Origin: Candidatus Levyibacteriota bacterium
Lineage (GTDB): Bacteria; Patescibacteriota; Microgenomatia; Levybacterales; UBA12049
Direction: 5' to 3'
Assembly: GCA_963790825.1 (NCBI GenBank)
Contig: CAWBPM010000003.1
Coordinates: 1 to 54,352 of the forward strand
DNA: 54,352 bases
How positions within the stretch are numbered: the first letter of the stretch is position 1; each line of letters opens with the position of its first letter. This document shows positions 27,444-37,080 of this stretch, in pieces. The position numbers were made by a program, and so were the translations under genes. The notes under the pieces were generated by a model. That model ran no database searches and was not told the DNA's origin. It worked only from the letters and a program-made list of their open reading frames with translations.

Positions 27444-28571
27444 TCATGAGACTGCAGACTGTTTTCTATCGGCTCGTAAAGAGAACACCAGTTGAAAGGT
27501 ACCTATTATAAGGAAGAGATAAGCCCAGATTGCGGATTTATCGGCAAAAGCATCAAGATGCATGGTGAGCAATATAAAACAGAGAACTAGAAAAAATAAG
27601 GCGAACAAGTATGAAATCTGCGCATCATAATTATCATATGTAAATATTGTTATTCCCCATAGAGTAATTATAATGAGCAGTAAAAAGTTACTCGTACTGG
27701 AAACAAGAAATACTTCAATTAAAATTGTTATAAATAAGATAACTGTTAACAAATGGACTTTTTTTATTATCTTTTCCTCATCAACCAAGTGGATTACATA
27801 AAGTTTATTCATTAACCAATTAAGTAGTCGCGAAATAGAAGTAAGATAACTATCTAAGAAATGAAGAAAAATGAAATACGTAAATTTTGCATTGAAAGTT
27901 ATTGTTCTTCTTTCACTTAGGATATAGTAGTAAGTATAGAAAGGCAGGAAATAGATAAGCGAAGAAAATATTATATCAAAATTTTGCAATGCATAAATAA
28001 ATTTCATATACATAAATTGCAAGAATACTTTAGGAATTTTCAGCTGAGTTTTTGTGAATTGGTACTCGGTAACAATCGTTTGATTTCGTGCTATTGTCAG
28101 TGCGTTATTTTTTGTCGCACCCTTTGAATAAATCTCAAAAGAATATCTTTTTCCTTTAGAATCCGGAATCTTCATAAACCCAAACGGAAATAAATCCAGT
28201 TCATGAAACTGTCCGCCGTTATAGGTGTTCTCGCCAACTAAATGATTCGTATTACTTTCTTTTATTCTGAAATAAACTTTAAAATTGTCCGAAACATTCT
28301 CTCCATGAAGGTTCTTAATTTTTAATGCAATTGTGCCCAGATTATTTTCATAGGCAACAAAATTTCCTTTTATAACACTACCGTCTAAGAGACTTTCTCC
28401 CGGTAATATAAGTGATGCATTATTTTTATTTTCGTAAGGAAGAACAGTGATATGTGCATCTTGTGTAAAGATCTGAAACAGAGAGAAGAATGCGCCAAAA
28501 AGAAACAGGAGTAAGGGAAACATGAATAAATACATTGGTTTGTAGCTGATATATTTTTTTGTTAATTTCAT
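27444..28571 (-). CDS. Hypothetical membrane protein (N-terminal TM, soluble domain, C-terminal TM bundle)
   Basis: 375-aa ORF coupled by 4-nt overlap to the upstream gene; hydrophobicity pattern only. Confidence 0.75.
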   Translation of the reverse strand: MKLTKKYISYKPMYLFMFPLLLFLFGAFFSLFQIFTQDAHITVLPYENKNNASLILPGESLLDGSVIKGNFVAYENNLGTIALKIKNLHGENVSDNFKVYFRIKESNTNHLVGENTYNGGQFHELDLFPFGFMKIPDSKGKRYSFEIYSKGATKNNALTIARNQTIVTEYQFTKTQLKIPKVFLQFMYMKFIYALQNFDIIFSSLIYFLPFYTYYYILSERRTITFNAKFTYFIFLHFLDSYLTSISRLLNWLMNKLYVIHLVDEEKIIKKVHLLTVILFITILIEVFLVSSTSNFLLLIIITLWGITIFTYDNYDAQISYLFALFFLVLCFILLTMHLDAFADKSAIWAYLFLIIGTFQLVFSLRADRKQSAVS

Positions 28572-30838
28572 ATTTTTTTATTACTAAATATTCTCTTCCC
28601 TTCTTGTGTTATTACAATGAGAATCAATAAGCATAAAGCCAGTCCTGATATTATTTCTGTCAGGCTGAAGTATATCTGATTTCTATCAATAAGTATAACA
28701 TAGAGTTCTTTGTCTCCTTTAGCATTTTGCGGTATATCTTTCGGATCGATAACCCATGTATTACTCAAATAGTTTCCCTCAAAATGATTTCTCTGATCAA
28801 CAATAGGATTATTAACCAGAGAAAGTAGTCCGATATCAATAAGCGGTTGAGGAACTAAACAGCGTGTATTTTCCGTCAAACTGAATTCCTCCGGTTTGTT
28901 TTCACATTGCTTACTATAGAATTCTGCTTTATTTATCCAGATAACCTGCCATGCGGGATTAAAAGATTGTGTCAGATGTATTGCAAACGGGCTTTGAGTA
29001 GCAACATGACTAAGCTGGATATAATACGTCGTAGGATCCAGTTGAGATGTTTTATAAAAAATATGGACATTTTTTTGTATAGTATCAGTTGAAATATTCT
29101 TTTCGGAAGAAGATAAAACGACCGGCTTGCCTTTTATGGGCAACAAATTATCAAAAAACGAATTGATATCATCTTTATAGATTACAGTACCGGGTGAGTA
29201 TACAAGGAAATCGTAGTCATTTTTATTTTTAAAAGAATACTTGGTAAAATACTCGTTTTCCGATTTCTTTAATAAACTATTTCTACTAAAAATCTGATTA
29301 ACTTTATTAGTTTTAACTATCGTATCAGTATCATATTCAGGTCCCGCATCAACCCCTTTTACAATATCGTTAGCAGTGATAATATATTTTACGTTTTCAG
29401 TTATTCTTAAATTATTCACGTTGGAATTCTCAATGATATTTTTTGTTATAAAATAGCTTTTTCCGGATATTGCCCGGGGATTATCAAATGAAATCGGTTT
29501 ATAATGAATCCCATTATTGAAGCATTGCGTTGGCGTATTAAATCTATCCATGTATTTGGCCCTCCAACAACTAGAGGGGAAATAATCAGCCGCTTCTGCA
29601 AAACCGAAATAAGGTTGTATAAAATTTTGCCGGTAAGGCTTGGGGATATCGCTGATAATAAACTTCTGCAGTTTAAAATCAGACAAATTTAATAAAGGAA
29701 GCGTTGCCAGTATAATAAAACAGGCGGCGAAAATAGACAATAACCGCTCTTTTCTGTTGCTCATATGGCCTAATAAAAGCAGCAATGGGATGTTACTGAT
29801 ATATAACCCATAAAACGGTGCGTTCGTCAGAAACGGCAAGAACTTGATGAAAAATCCATACGTCTCTCTACCAGCAACAAACCCCAACTTAAAGAAAGTT
29901 AAGCCAAGCAGAAATAATACAAAATTCATCACAACAAAAGCTGATTGCTTCTTCTGAATACTTTTTATAAATCCGATAATAAAGGCTATAAAAAAGATAA
30001 TGCCCAACATCAGATATAAACGATTATCATAAAGGATAATATTTGAGGATTGAAAGAAGTTAAACATATCAAAGAAATTCCCCTTGGCGACAAATGTATT
30101 AAAAACTACTGAAAATCCGAAGATACCGGTTGTTTTTTGCAATAATTGCGCTTGAAGTGTATAAATTAAAGGAAGAAAAAGAAGAATATATAGACTAAGG
30201 AAGATTATAATTTTTCTGGTTTGTATCCTGAAACCCTGTCTGTTGCCCAATAAATAGACGAGGAGTGGAACAACAAGAAAGAAGTTAGCCTGAAGAAAAC
30301 GAATATTGGCTATCCAAAGAAATGAAGCAAAAACATTTAATAACAAATACATCCAAACAATCTTTTCCTTTGAATAAAACTCATAAAAAGAATAAATAAA
30401 CAAAGGTACGGTAGCATAGACAATTCCTTCTCCCCTAAAACTATATAATAGCGGATTAAACGTATATAAAAGAGTAGTGATGAAACGAATTTTCTTATTA
30501 GTAAAAAATAATCCTGAAAATAAATAGAAGCTTATAAAGCTTAAGATAAAAGAAAGTATGGAAGTCGCAATTTGCGAGCCAGTGCTACCAAAAAGATGAA
30601 ATAAAACGAAGAAAAGAATATTTATAAGTATTGTATTAAATGCAATAATGCTTTGATCTGAACCGAGATAATACCCCGCATTTGAAAAAATGTGGAACTG
30701 ATTGGTCAGAAACGCAAGCACTTCCTGAGAATTTTTAAACCAGTATGACTGGTCTTGGTATAACCACAGGCCATTCTTAAATAAGAATGCATTTGCAGAA
30801 ACCAATAAGATTACAAAAATAAGTATTTTGTACTTCAT
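28568..30838 (-). CDS. Large multi-TM protein with C-terminal extracellular domain, probable GT-C (YfhO/AftD-like)
   Basis: About 13 TM, LYTFNP, C-terminal QSFNPAW and NHFEGNYLSNTWVI shared in pattern with 38101..40398. Confidence 0.6.
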   Translation of the reverse strand: MKYKILIFVILLVSANAFLFKNGLWLYQDQSYWFKNSQEVLAFLTNQFHIFSNAGYYLGSDQSIIAFNTILINILFFVLFHLFGSTGSQIATSILSFILSFISFYLFSGLFFTNKKIRFITTLLYTFNPLLYSFRGEGIVYATVPLFIYSFYEFYSKEKIVWMYLLLNVFASFLWIANIRFLQANFFLVVPLLVYLLGNRQGFRIQTRKIIIFLSLYILLFLPLIYTLQAQLLQKTTGIFGFSVVFNTFVAKGNFFDMFNFFQSSNIILYDNRLYLMLGIIFFIAFIIGFIKSIQKKQSAFVVMNFVLFLLGLTFFKLGFVAGRETYGFFIKFLPFLTNAPFYGLYISNIPLLLLLGHMSNRKERLLSIFAACFIILATLPLLNLSDFKLQKFIISDIPKPYRQNFIQPYFGFAEAADYFPSSCWRAKYMDRFNTPTQCFNNGIHYKPISFDNPRAISGKSYFITKNIIENSNVNNLRITENVKYIITANDIVKGVDAGPEYDTDTIVKTNKVNQIFSRNSLLKKSENEYFTKYSFKNKNDYDFLVYSPGTVIYKDDINSFFDNLLPIKGKPVVLSSSEKNISTDTIQKNVHIFYKTSQLDPTTYYIQLSHVATQSPFAIHLTQSFNPAWQVIWINKAEFYSKQCENKPEEFSLTENTRCLVPQPLIDIGLLSLVNNPIVDQRNHFEGNYLSNTWVIDPKDIPQNAKGDKELYVILIDRNQIYFSLTEIISGLALCLLILIVITQEGKRIFSNKKI

Positions 30839-30881
30839 GTATTACGTTTTTCCATCTGTACCAAACGTGATATTTCTGGTA

Positions 30882-30887
30882 TATAAT
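30882..30887 (+). promoter_or_regulatory. Leaderless-type -10 for the plus-strand island
   Basis: TATAAT, 7 nt, ATG 30895 within a 56-bp divergent gap. Confidence 0.65.
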
Positions 30888-30894
30888 AGCATAT

Positions 30895-31671
30895 ATGAAA
30901 GTTATCATTCTCTGCGGCGGAATTGGGACTCGGCTCAAAGAAGAAACAGAATTCAAGCCAAAACCCATGGTTTACGTCGGAAACAAACCGATAATTTGGC
31001 ATATTATGAAGATATATGCACATTACGGATATAATGAATTTATTCTCGCGCTCGGATACAAAGCTGATTACATTAAAGACTTTTTCCTGAATCAGAAAGC
31101 ATTTACTTCCGACTTCACATTGGACACGGAAAATTATGAAACTGAATTTTACCTTCATAAAAGAGAAGGGCCTGAAAATTTCAAAATAACATTCGTAGAC
31201 ACCGGACTTGAAACATTGCCCGGTGAGAGAATCCTCCGTTGCAGGAAATATATCCCGCAGGATGATGATTCTTTTATGGTTACTTATGGAGATGGTGTTG
31301 CCAATATTAACCTAAAAAAACTTGCAGCATTTCACAAAAAACAAAAAACAATCGGCACCGTAACAGGAGTGCACCCTCATTCCAAGTTCGGATTATTACG
31401 TATTGATCATGTCGCTTTAGTAAAGGGTTTTAAAGAAAAACCTATTCTTGCCGACTGGGTAAACGGAGGATTCATGATTTTTGAGCGTGAATTTTTCGAC
31501 TTTCTTAAACCGGGAGAAATGGAACACGAGGGACTAAAGCGTTTGGTAAAAATCAAACAGCTGTCTCTATATAAACATGATGATTTCTGGTATGCAATAG
31601 ACACGTACAAAGAGCTTGAAGAGTTAAATAAGATGTGGGAAAATAACCCTCCCTGGAAGATATGGAAGTAA
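30895..31671 (+). CDS. rfbF: Glucose-1-phosphate cytidylyltransferase
   Basis: LCGGIGTRLKEETEFKPKPMV, WHIMKIY, VDTG, TYGDG, FKEKP, NGGF, IDTYKE. Confidence 0.93.
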   Translation: MKVIILCGGIGTRLKEETEFKPKPMVYVGNKPIIWHIMKIYAHYGYNEFILALGYKADYIKDFFLNQKAFTSDFTLDTENYETEFYLHKREGPENFKITFVDTGLETLPGERILRCRKYIPQDDDSFMVTYGDGVANINLKKLAAFHKKQKTIGTVTGVHPHSKFGLLRIDHVALVKGFKEKPILADWVNGGFMIFEREFFDFLKPGEMEHEGLKRLVKIKQLSLYKHDDFWYAIDTYKELEELNKMWENNPPWKIWK

Positions 31672-32603
31672 CATTTACTAATTCTACTATAGTAGTTACC
31701 GGCGGAGCAGGTTTTATCGGCAGCCACCTTGTTCAAGAACTGGTAAAACAACATGCAAGAGTTATTGTCATCGATAAAGTGAAAAAACCTCTCAGGTTAC
31801 AACGAGTCATATACGAAACCGTCGATATAAGGGATCGGGCCAAGCTTTTCTCTGTTATAAAAAAATATTCTCCACAATATATCTTCCATCTTGCAGCAGT
31901 AACGATAGTCCCCTATGCCTTTATAAATTCCCTTGAAACTTTCGAAACCAACGTTATGGGAACAGTTCACGTTTTGGAAGCAGCCAAGAAGATAAAAAAC
32001 ATTAAAGCTATTATCATTGCTTCATCCGATAAAGCATATGGAAAATTGAAAAAGAAATATTACAATGAGGAAGCTCCTCTCAAGGGTGATCATCCATACG
32101 ATGTCTCAAAATCGTCTACTGATCTCATCGCGCAATCGTATTTCCATACATATCATCTTCCGGTTGTCATAAGCAGATTCGGTAATGTGTATGGCGAAGG
32201 AGACATGAATCTTTCCCGCCTTATACCGGGAATCATGAACTCTTTAATAAAAAATGAAACACTAGAAATTAGAAGCGATGGAAGTTATGTTCGCGATTAC
32301 CTTTATGTAAAAGATGTGGTAGATGGTTATTTATCGCTTGCAAAAAAAATACACGTGACACAAGGACACGCATTTAATTTTGGCTCGAAAGAAACATTAT
32401 CTGTAAAAGAAGTTATTGCAGTAGTTGAGAAAACACTAGGCAAAAAAATTCGTCTTAAAATCTTGAATACGGCAATGAACGAAATTCCCTATCAATCTTT
32501 AAATTACAATAAAGCGAAAAAGGTACTGAAATGGAAGCCAAAGCATACATTTACCAATGTTCTCCCCGCTATTCTTAATTACTATAAAAACAATTTACAA
32601 TAA
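31662..32603 (+). CDS. rfbG: CDP-glucose 4,6-dehydratase-like SDR
   Basis: TGGAGFIG, FETNVMGT, SSDKAYG, PYDVSK, RFGNVYG.GD...RLIP; follows rfbF. Confidence 0.75.
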   Translation: MEVTFTNSTIVVTGGAGFIGSHLVQELVKQHARVIVIDKVKKPLRLQRVIYETVDIRDRAKLFSVIKKYSPQYIFHLAAVTIVPYAFINSLETFETNVMGTVHVLEAAKKIKNIKAIIIASSDKAYGKLKKKYYNEEAPLKGDHPYDVSKSSTDLIAQSYFHTYHLPVVISRFGNVYGEGDMNLSRLIPGIMNSLIKNETLEIRSDGSYVRDYLYVKDVVDGYLSLAKKIHVTQGHAFNFGSKETLSVKEVIAVVEKTLGKKIRLKILNTAMNEIPYQSLNYNKAKKVLKWKPKHTFTNVLPAILNYYKNNLQ

Positions 32604-32606
32604 TCT

Positions 32607-33545
32607 ATGATGAATATCCTTATAACAGGAGGTACGGGGTTTGTTGGTTCAAATCTGACAAGAAGACTTGTAGATGAGGGCCATAAGCCAACAATATTAG
32701 TGAGAAAAAACTCTCATTTCTGGCGCCTCCATAATATTTTGCCTTACATAACACCGGTTGAGTCTGATCTGCAAAACAACAAAGAACTCAAGAGAATAGT
32801 GCAGAAGATTAAGCCGGAATATATTTTCCATTTAGCAACATATGGATCAAATCAAAGAAAGGAAGATGATGCTGTTAACACTATCCAAACAAACATCATA
32901 AGCACGCTTAATTTACTGGAAGCATGCGCGACAATCGGATTTAAAGCATTCATAAACACAAGCTCATCTTCCGAATATGGATTAAAGGATTCACCGATGA
33001 AAGAATCCGACCTCCCGGTACCTGTAAACGTATACGGCATAACAAAAGCCGCGGCAACAAATTTAGCCAATATGTATGCCCGGAAGTTTCACTTGCCAAT
33101 AGTTACACTGCGGCTTTTTTCGCCATATGGATATTTTGAAGCAAAACAACGACTCGTACCTACAATTATTTATCATATGATACAAAAGAAACCTCTCCAA
33201 TTATCCAAACCAACATATGTCCGGGATTTTATTTTTATTGATGACGTTATCGACTCGTACATGTACTTTCTTACCGGGAAACCATATGAGGGTGAGATAT
33301 TTAATATCGCTTCAGGGAAACAGCATACCATTAATGAGGTTGTGCAGACAGCTGAAGAGATACTGGGACCTAGTACCATCAGTTGGAATAAATATGCATC
33401 AAATCAGGATGAGCCCGTTATGTGGGAGGGCGATATTAAAAAAGCAAAAAAAATGATGGGCTGGCAGCCAAAAACCACACTACACAACGGCTTGCAAAAA
33501 GCAGCAAATTGGCTAAAGGCCAATCAATACTTGTATGAAGAATAA
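32607..33545 (+). CDS. NAD-dependent nucleotide-sugar epimerase/reductase (extended SDR)
   Basis: TGGTGFVG, SSSEYG, YGITK, LRLFSPYG, RDFIFIDD. Confidence 0.88.
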   Translation: MMNILITGGTGFVGSNLTRRLVDEGHKPTILVRKNSHFWRLHNILPYITPVESDLQNNKELKRIVQKIKPEYIFHLATYGSNQRKEDDAVNTIQTNIISTLNLLEACATIGFKAFINTSSSSEYGLKDSPMKESDLPVPVNVYGITKAAATNLANMYARKFHLPIVTLRLFSPYGYFEAKQRLVPTIIYHMIQKKPLQLSKPTYVRDFIFIDDVIDSYMYFLTGKPYEGEIFNIASGKQHTINEVVQTAEEILGPSTISWNKYASNQDEPVMWEGDIKKAKKMMGWQPKTTLHNGLQKAANWLKANQYLYEE

Positions 33546-34362
33546 TTTCGATAATAAAAAGATAAACATATTAAAAAAAATAGCTAAAGAGGTACGCAAG
33601 GACATTATTCGCATGAGTTATAATGCCCAAAGTGCGCATACCGGAGGTGCCCTCTCTTGCGTTGAGATATTAGTCGCACTTTACTTTAAGATCATGAAAG
33701 TATTTCCAAAAGATCCTTATAATGAAAACCGCGACAGGCTTTTTTTTAGCAAAGCACATGATGCAAAGGCACTTTATGCGGTTCTTGCAGAAAGAGGATA
33801 TTTCAAAAAAAACATTCTTGAGGGATACGAGGTCAATAACGGCTTACTGCCCGGTCACTCAACACGGCACTGCGTACCCGGAGTAGAGATCTCAGCCGGA
33901 TCTTTGGGCCATGGGTTATCGATGGCCGTAGGAAGTGCTTTTATCAGTCATTCTAAACATAAAATTTATGCAATACTAAGTGACGGGGAATGTGATGAGG
34001 GGTCGACGTGGGAAGCGGCACTCTTTGCGGGAATGCATAAATTGACTAATCTTGTAGCAATTATTGACTACAACAAGCTCCAGGGGTTTGGCTTCACAAA
34101 AGATATTTTAAACTTAGAACCATTCAGGGAAAAATGGGAAAGCTTCGGATGGGCTGTACAAGAAATAAACGGGAATGACTTTAAAGAACTTTTGGCAACT
34201 CTTGATATGATTCCCTTTGACAAAAAGAAACCGTCATTGATCATTGCACATACGATAAAAGGTCTCGGTGGAGTCAAAAAACACATAAATCAAATATCGT
34301 CGCAGTACAAGCCCCCAACTAAAGATGAAATGATAAATATTATTTCTCAATTGGAAAAGTAA
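33535..34362 (+). CDS. Split transketolase, N-terminal ThDP-binding subunit (copy 1)
   Basis: HTGGALS, DRLFFSKAH, GSLGHGL, SDGECDEGSTWEA, DYNKLQ, AHTIKG. Confidence 0.92.
   Translation: MKNNFDNKKINILKKIAKEVRKDIIRMSYNAQSAHTGGALSCVEILVALYFKIMKVFPKDPYNENRDRLFFSKAHDAKALYAVLAERGYFKKNILEGYEVNNGLLPGHSTRHCVPGVEISAGSLGHGLSMAVGSAFISHSKHKIYAILSDGECDEGSTWEAALFAGMHKLTNLVAIIDYNKLQGFGFTKDILNLEPFREKWESFGWAVQEINGNDFKELLATLDMIPFDKKKPSLIIAHTIKGLGGVKKHINQISSQYKPPTKDEMINIISQLEK
33979..34016 (+). repeat. 38-nt direct repeat, copy 1
   Basis: AGTGACGGGGAATGTGATGAGGGGTCGACGTGGGAAGC, identical to 35765-35802. Confidence 0.92.
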
Positions 34363-34367
34363 CATAT

Positions 34368-35285
34368 ATGAGACAAGCATTTGTAGATACATTATTTGCC
34401 CTGGCGAAGAAAAACCCTAATATTATTCTCTTAACGGCAGATCTGGGATTCTCAGTTTTTGAACCATTTATAGAAGAACTTCCCAAGCAATTCATTAATG
34501 CAGGAGTATCTGAACAGAATATGACCGGTATGGCTGCCGGAATGGCAATTGAAGGAAAAATTCCAGTTATCTACTCTATTGTTCCTTTTGTCACGATGAG
34601 AAATCTTGAACAAATCAGGAATGATATTTGTTACCAGAACTTAAATGTTAAAATAATTGGTGTGGGTGCCGGTTTCTCATATGGACCGTATGGACATACT
34701 CATCACGGACTGGAAGACATAGGAATTTTACGTACATTACCAAACCTTACTATTCTTTCACCTGGAGATCCGATCGAAACTAAAATTTTAACAAAAGCCG
34801 CATTACAAACAAATAAGCCAACCTATATCCGGTTAGGTCGAGCAGGTGAACCTATTGTCCACGAAAATATACCTGCTTTTCACATAGGCAAGGGTATTGT
34901 TATTAAAGAAGGGACAGATATCGGTATTCTCGTAACCGGTACTATGGTGCATACTGCAAAACTCGTAACAGAAGAGCTGGAAAAAAGACATATAAACTCG
35001 CAGCTTGCCAGTATGCCGACGATAAAACCACTCGATACCAAACTTATTCAGAGAATAGCACAAGAAACAAAAGCCCTGTTTACCATTGAGGAGCACTCAA
35101 TTATCGGAGGCCTTGGTTCTGCTGTATCTGAGTATTTGGCGGAGAATCATTACGGAAAAGTTTTTTTGAGAATCGGCGTCCCCGATAAATTCTCAACAGT
35201 CATAGGAAAACGAGAATACATGCGTGAAGCAAATAACCTTAGTGTTGAGCAGATTGTCGCTACGATAATGAAAATATTGCCCTGA
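34368..35285 (+). CDS. Split transketolase, C-terminal subunit (copy 1)
   Basis: TADLG, GVSEQNM, EQIRND, G.THHGLED, PTIKPLD, EEHSIIGGLGS. Confidence 0.92.
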   Translation: MRQAFVDTLFALAKKNPNIILLTADLGFSVFEPFIEELPKQFINAGVSEQNMTGMAAGMAIEGKIPVIYSIVPFVTMRNLEQIRNDICYQNLNVKIIGVGAGFSYGPYGHTHHGLEDIGILRTLPNLTILSPGDPIETKILTKAALQTNKPTYIRLGRAGEPIVHENIPAFHIGKGIVIKEGTDIGILVTGTMVHTAKLVTEELEKRHINSQLASMPTIKPLDTKLIQRIAQETKALFTIEEHSIIGGLGSAVSEYLAENHYGKVFLRIGVPDKFSTVIGKREYMREANNLSVEQIVATIMKILP

Positions 35286-35311
35286 CAAATAAGTAGCAGA
35301 GTAATATACAT

Positions 35312-36145
35312 ATGCAAAATAAAATATCTAAACAAGAAATTAAAGCATTAAAAAAAGCAGCTAAAGAAATGAGAAAATATATTTTCTCGATGATTGTAAG
35401 TGCTCATGCTTCCCATATCGGATCTGCTTACTCGGTTATTGACATACTTGTATATTTATATAAACACTTTTTGCATATTAATCCTGCTCATCTAGACAAT
35501 CCTGAGCGAGATAGATTCATTTTAAGTAAAGGATGGGGTATCTCGGCACTTTATTCGGTCTTGGCATCTCGCGGCTTTTTTTCAAAAAAACTTTTGCCGG
35601 GCTACTGCACAGACGGCAGCAAACTGATCGGTTGTGCAACGAGAAATGGGATACCGGGCATAGAAGCAACAACGGGGTCTATGGGGCATGGACTTCCCCT
35701 GGGGGTTGGGATGGCACTCGCGGGAAAGCGGCAGAAGCGGAAATACAGAACTGTCGTAATTATCAGTGACGGGGAATGTGATGAGGGGTCGACGTGGGAA
35801 GCATCACTTATAGCCGGGCATCACAAGCTTAGCAACCTTATTGTCTTTATTGACTACAATGGGTGGCAAAGTTTTGGTCGGACAAAAGATATTCTTCTAC
35901 TGGATCCTCTTGCAGATAAATGGAGAGCTTTCAACTGGCACGTTCAAGAGATAGACGGACATGATTTCCGGCAAATATACACAGCAACCCTTCCCTCATC
36001 GTTAGCAAAAAATAAACCGAATGTAATTATTGCCCATACTGTCAAGGGCAAAGGCCTTTCGCTCCTTGAAGACAGAAATGAATGGCACTATCAAACTCCA
36101 CGCGAAAAAGAGATACAACAGGCGAGAGAGGAAGGATTACTATGA
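35312..36145 (+). CDS. Split transketolase, N-terminal subunit (copy 2)
   Basis: HIGSAYS, DRFILSKGW, GSMGHGL, SDGECDEGSTWEA, AHTVKGKG, WHY. Confidence 0.92.
   Translation: MQNKISKQEIKALKKAAKEMRKYIFSMIVSAHASHIGSAYSVIDILVYLYKHFLHINPAHLDNPERDRFILSKGWGISALYSVLASRGFFSKKLLPGYCTDGSKLIGCATRNGIPGIEATTGSMGHGLPLGVGMALAGKRQKRKYRTVVIISDGECDEGSTWEASLIAGHHKLSNLIVFIDYNGWQSFGRTKDILLLDPLADKWRAFNWHVQEIDGHDFRQIYTATLPSSLAKNKPNVIIAHTVKGKGLSLLEDRNEWHYQTPREKEIQQAREEGLL
35765..35802 (+). repeat. 38-nt direct repeat, copy 2
   Basis: Identical to 33979-34016. Confidence 0.92.
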
Positions 36146-37059
36146 AACAAGCATTTATCGATACGCTGACAAAGGTTGTTTCAAGACATGATGACGTTAT
36201 TGTTATTACAGCAGATATGGGATTCTCTGTTTTTGAAAATCTCCGCGACACTTTCCCACACCAGTTTTTAAACACTGGGGTTACCGAACAAGCGTCTGTT
36301 AGTACAGCAGCAGGATTAGCATTGTCCGGGTATAAAGTATTTTTCTATGCACAAGCAGCATTTGCCACGATGCGCTGCTTCGAACAGATACGCCTTGATA
36401 TCGCGTATAACTTCCTCAACGTAAAGATTATTGGAGTAAACGCCGGGTTTAGTCTCAATCAACTTGGAGTAAGTCATTTTGCAACTGAGGATATCGGTTT
36501 AATGAGAATGCTTCCCGATATGACAATTTTTTCTCCCGGAAATCCACATGAAATGAATTGGTCTATAGAAAAGGCATATGAAATTAACGGTCCTACTTAC
36601 TTGAGATATTCGAAGCTAGATGATAACACGGAGAAAGACTATGAAATTTCTATAGGAAAACCTATTTTAATTTCTGGCGGATCAGATGGGGCTATTTTTG
36701 TCAGTGGCGGAATTATGGCAAATGTAAAGCAAGCAGTAAGACTACTTAAAAAACAAAATATTTCTCTTTCTCTTTATTCAATTCCAACTATAAAGCCACT
36801 AGATAAAAAGAGTTTAATCTCAATTGCGGATAAAAACGAAAACATCTTTACCATAGAGGAGCATAACATAATAGGAGGGTTAGGAAGTGCAATTACAGAA
36901 TTACTTGCCGACTCTTCTTTAAGAATCAAAGTCCACCGTATTGGGGTCAATGATAAATTTACCCCTATAGCAGGTTCTGTTGATTACTTAATTGATTATA
37001 ATGGACTTTCTGCGGACAAAATAGCCTCAAAAATTAAAACTGTTCTGGCAAAAAAGTAA
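36142..37059 (+). CDS. Split transketolase, C-terminal subunit (copy 2; start revised to ATG 36142)
   Basis: MKQAFIDTL parallels MRQAFVDTL of copy 1; ATGA overlap; GVTEQ, EQIRLD, GVSHFATED, EEHNIIGGLGS. Confidence 0.92.
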   Translation: MKQAFIDTLTKVVSRHDDVIVITADMGFSVFENLRDTFPHQFLNTGVTEQASVSTAAGLALSGYKVFFYAQAAFATMRCFEQIRLDIAYNFLNVKIIGVNAGFSLNQLGVSHFATEDIGLMRMLPDMTIFSPGNPHEMNWSIEKAYEINGPTYLRYSKLDDNTEKDYEISIGKPILISGGSDGAIFVSGGIMANVKQAVRLLKKQNISLSLYSIPTIKPLDKKSLISIADKNENIFTIEEHNIIGGLGSAITELLADSSLRIKVHRIGVNDKFTPIAGSVDYLIDYNGLSADKIASKIKTVLAKK

Positions 37060-37080
37060 TAGTACAACCTGTTAAATAAA

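Noticed and set aside
27214-27495. 93-aa plus-strand ORF
   Set aside because: Antisense to the IS remnant and its end
30835-31158. 107-aa minus ORF apparently coupled to the 756-aa gene
   Set aside because: Mostly antisense to rfbF and covers its promoter; no recognisable features
33535-37059. Transketolases as ordinary pentose-phosphate genes
   Set aside because: Translationally coupled inside a CDP-sugar/GT2 operon, duplicated, with altered histidines; disfavoured but not excluded
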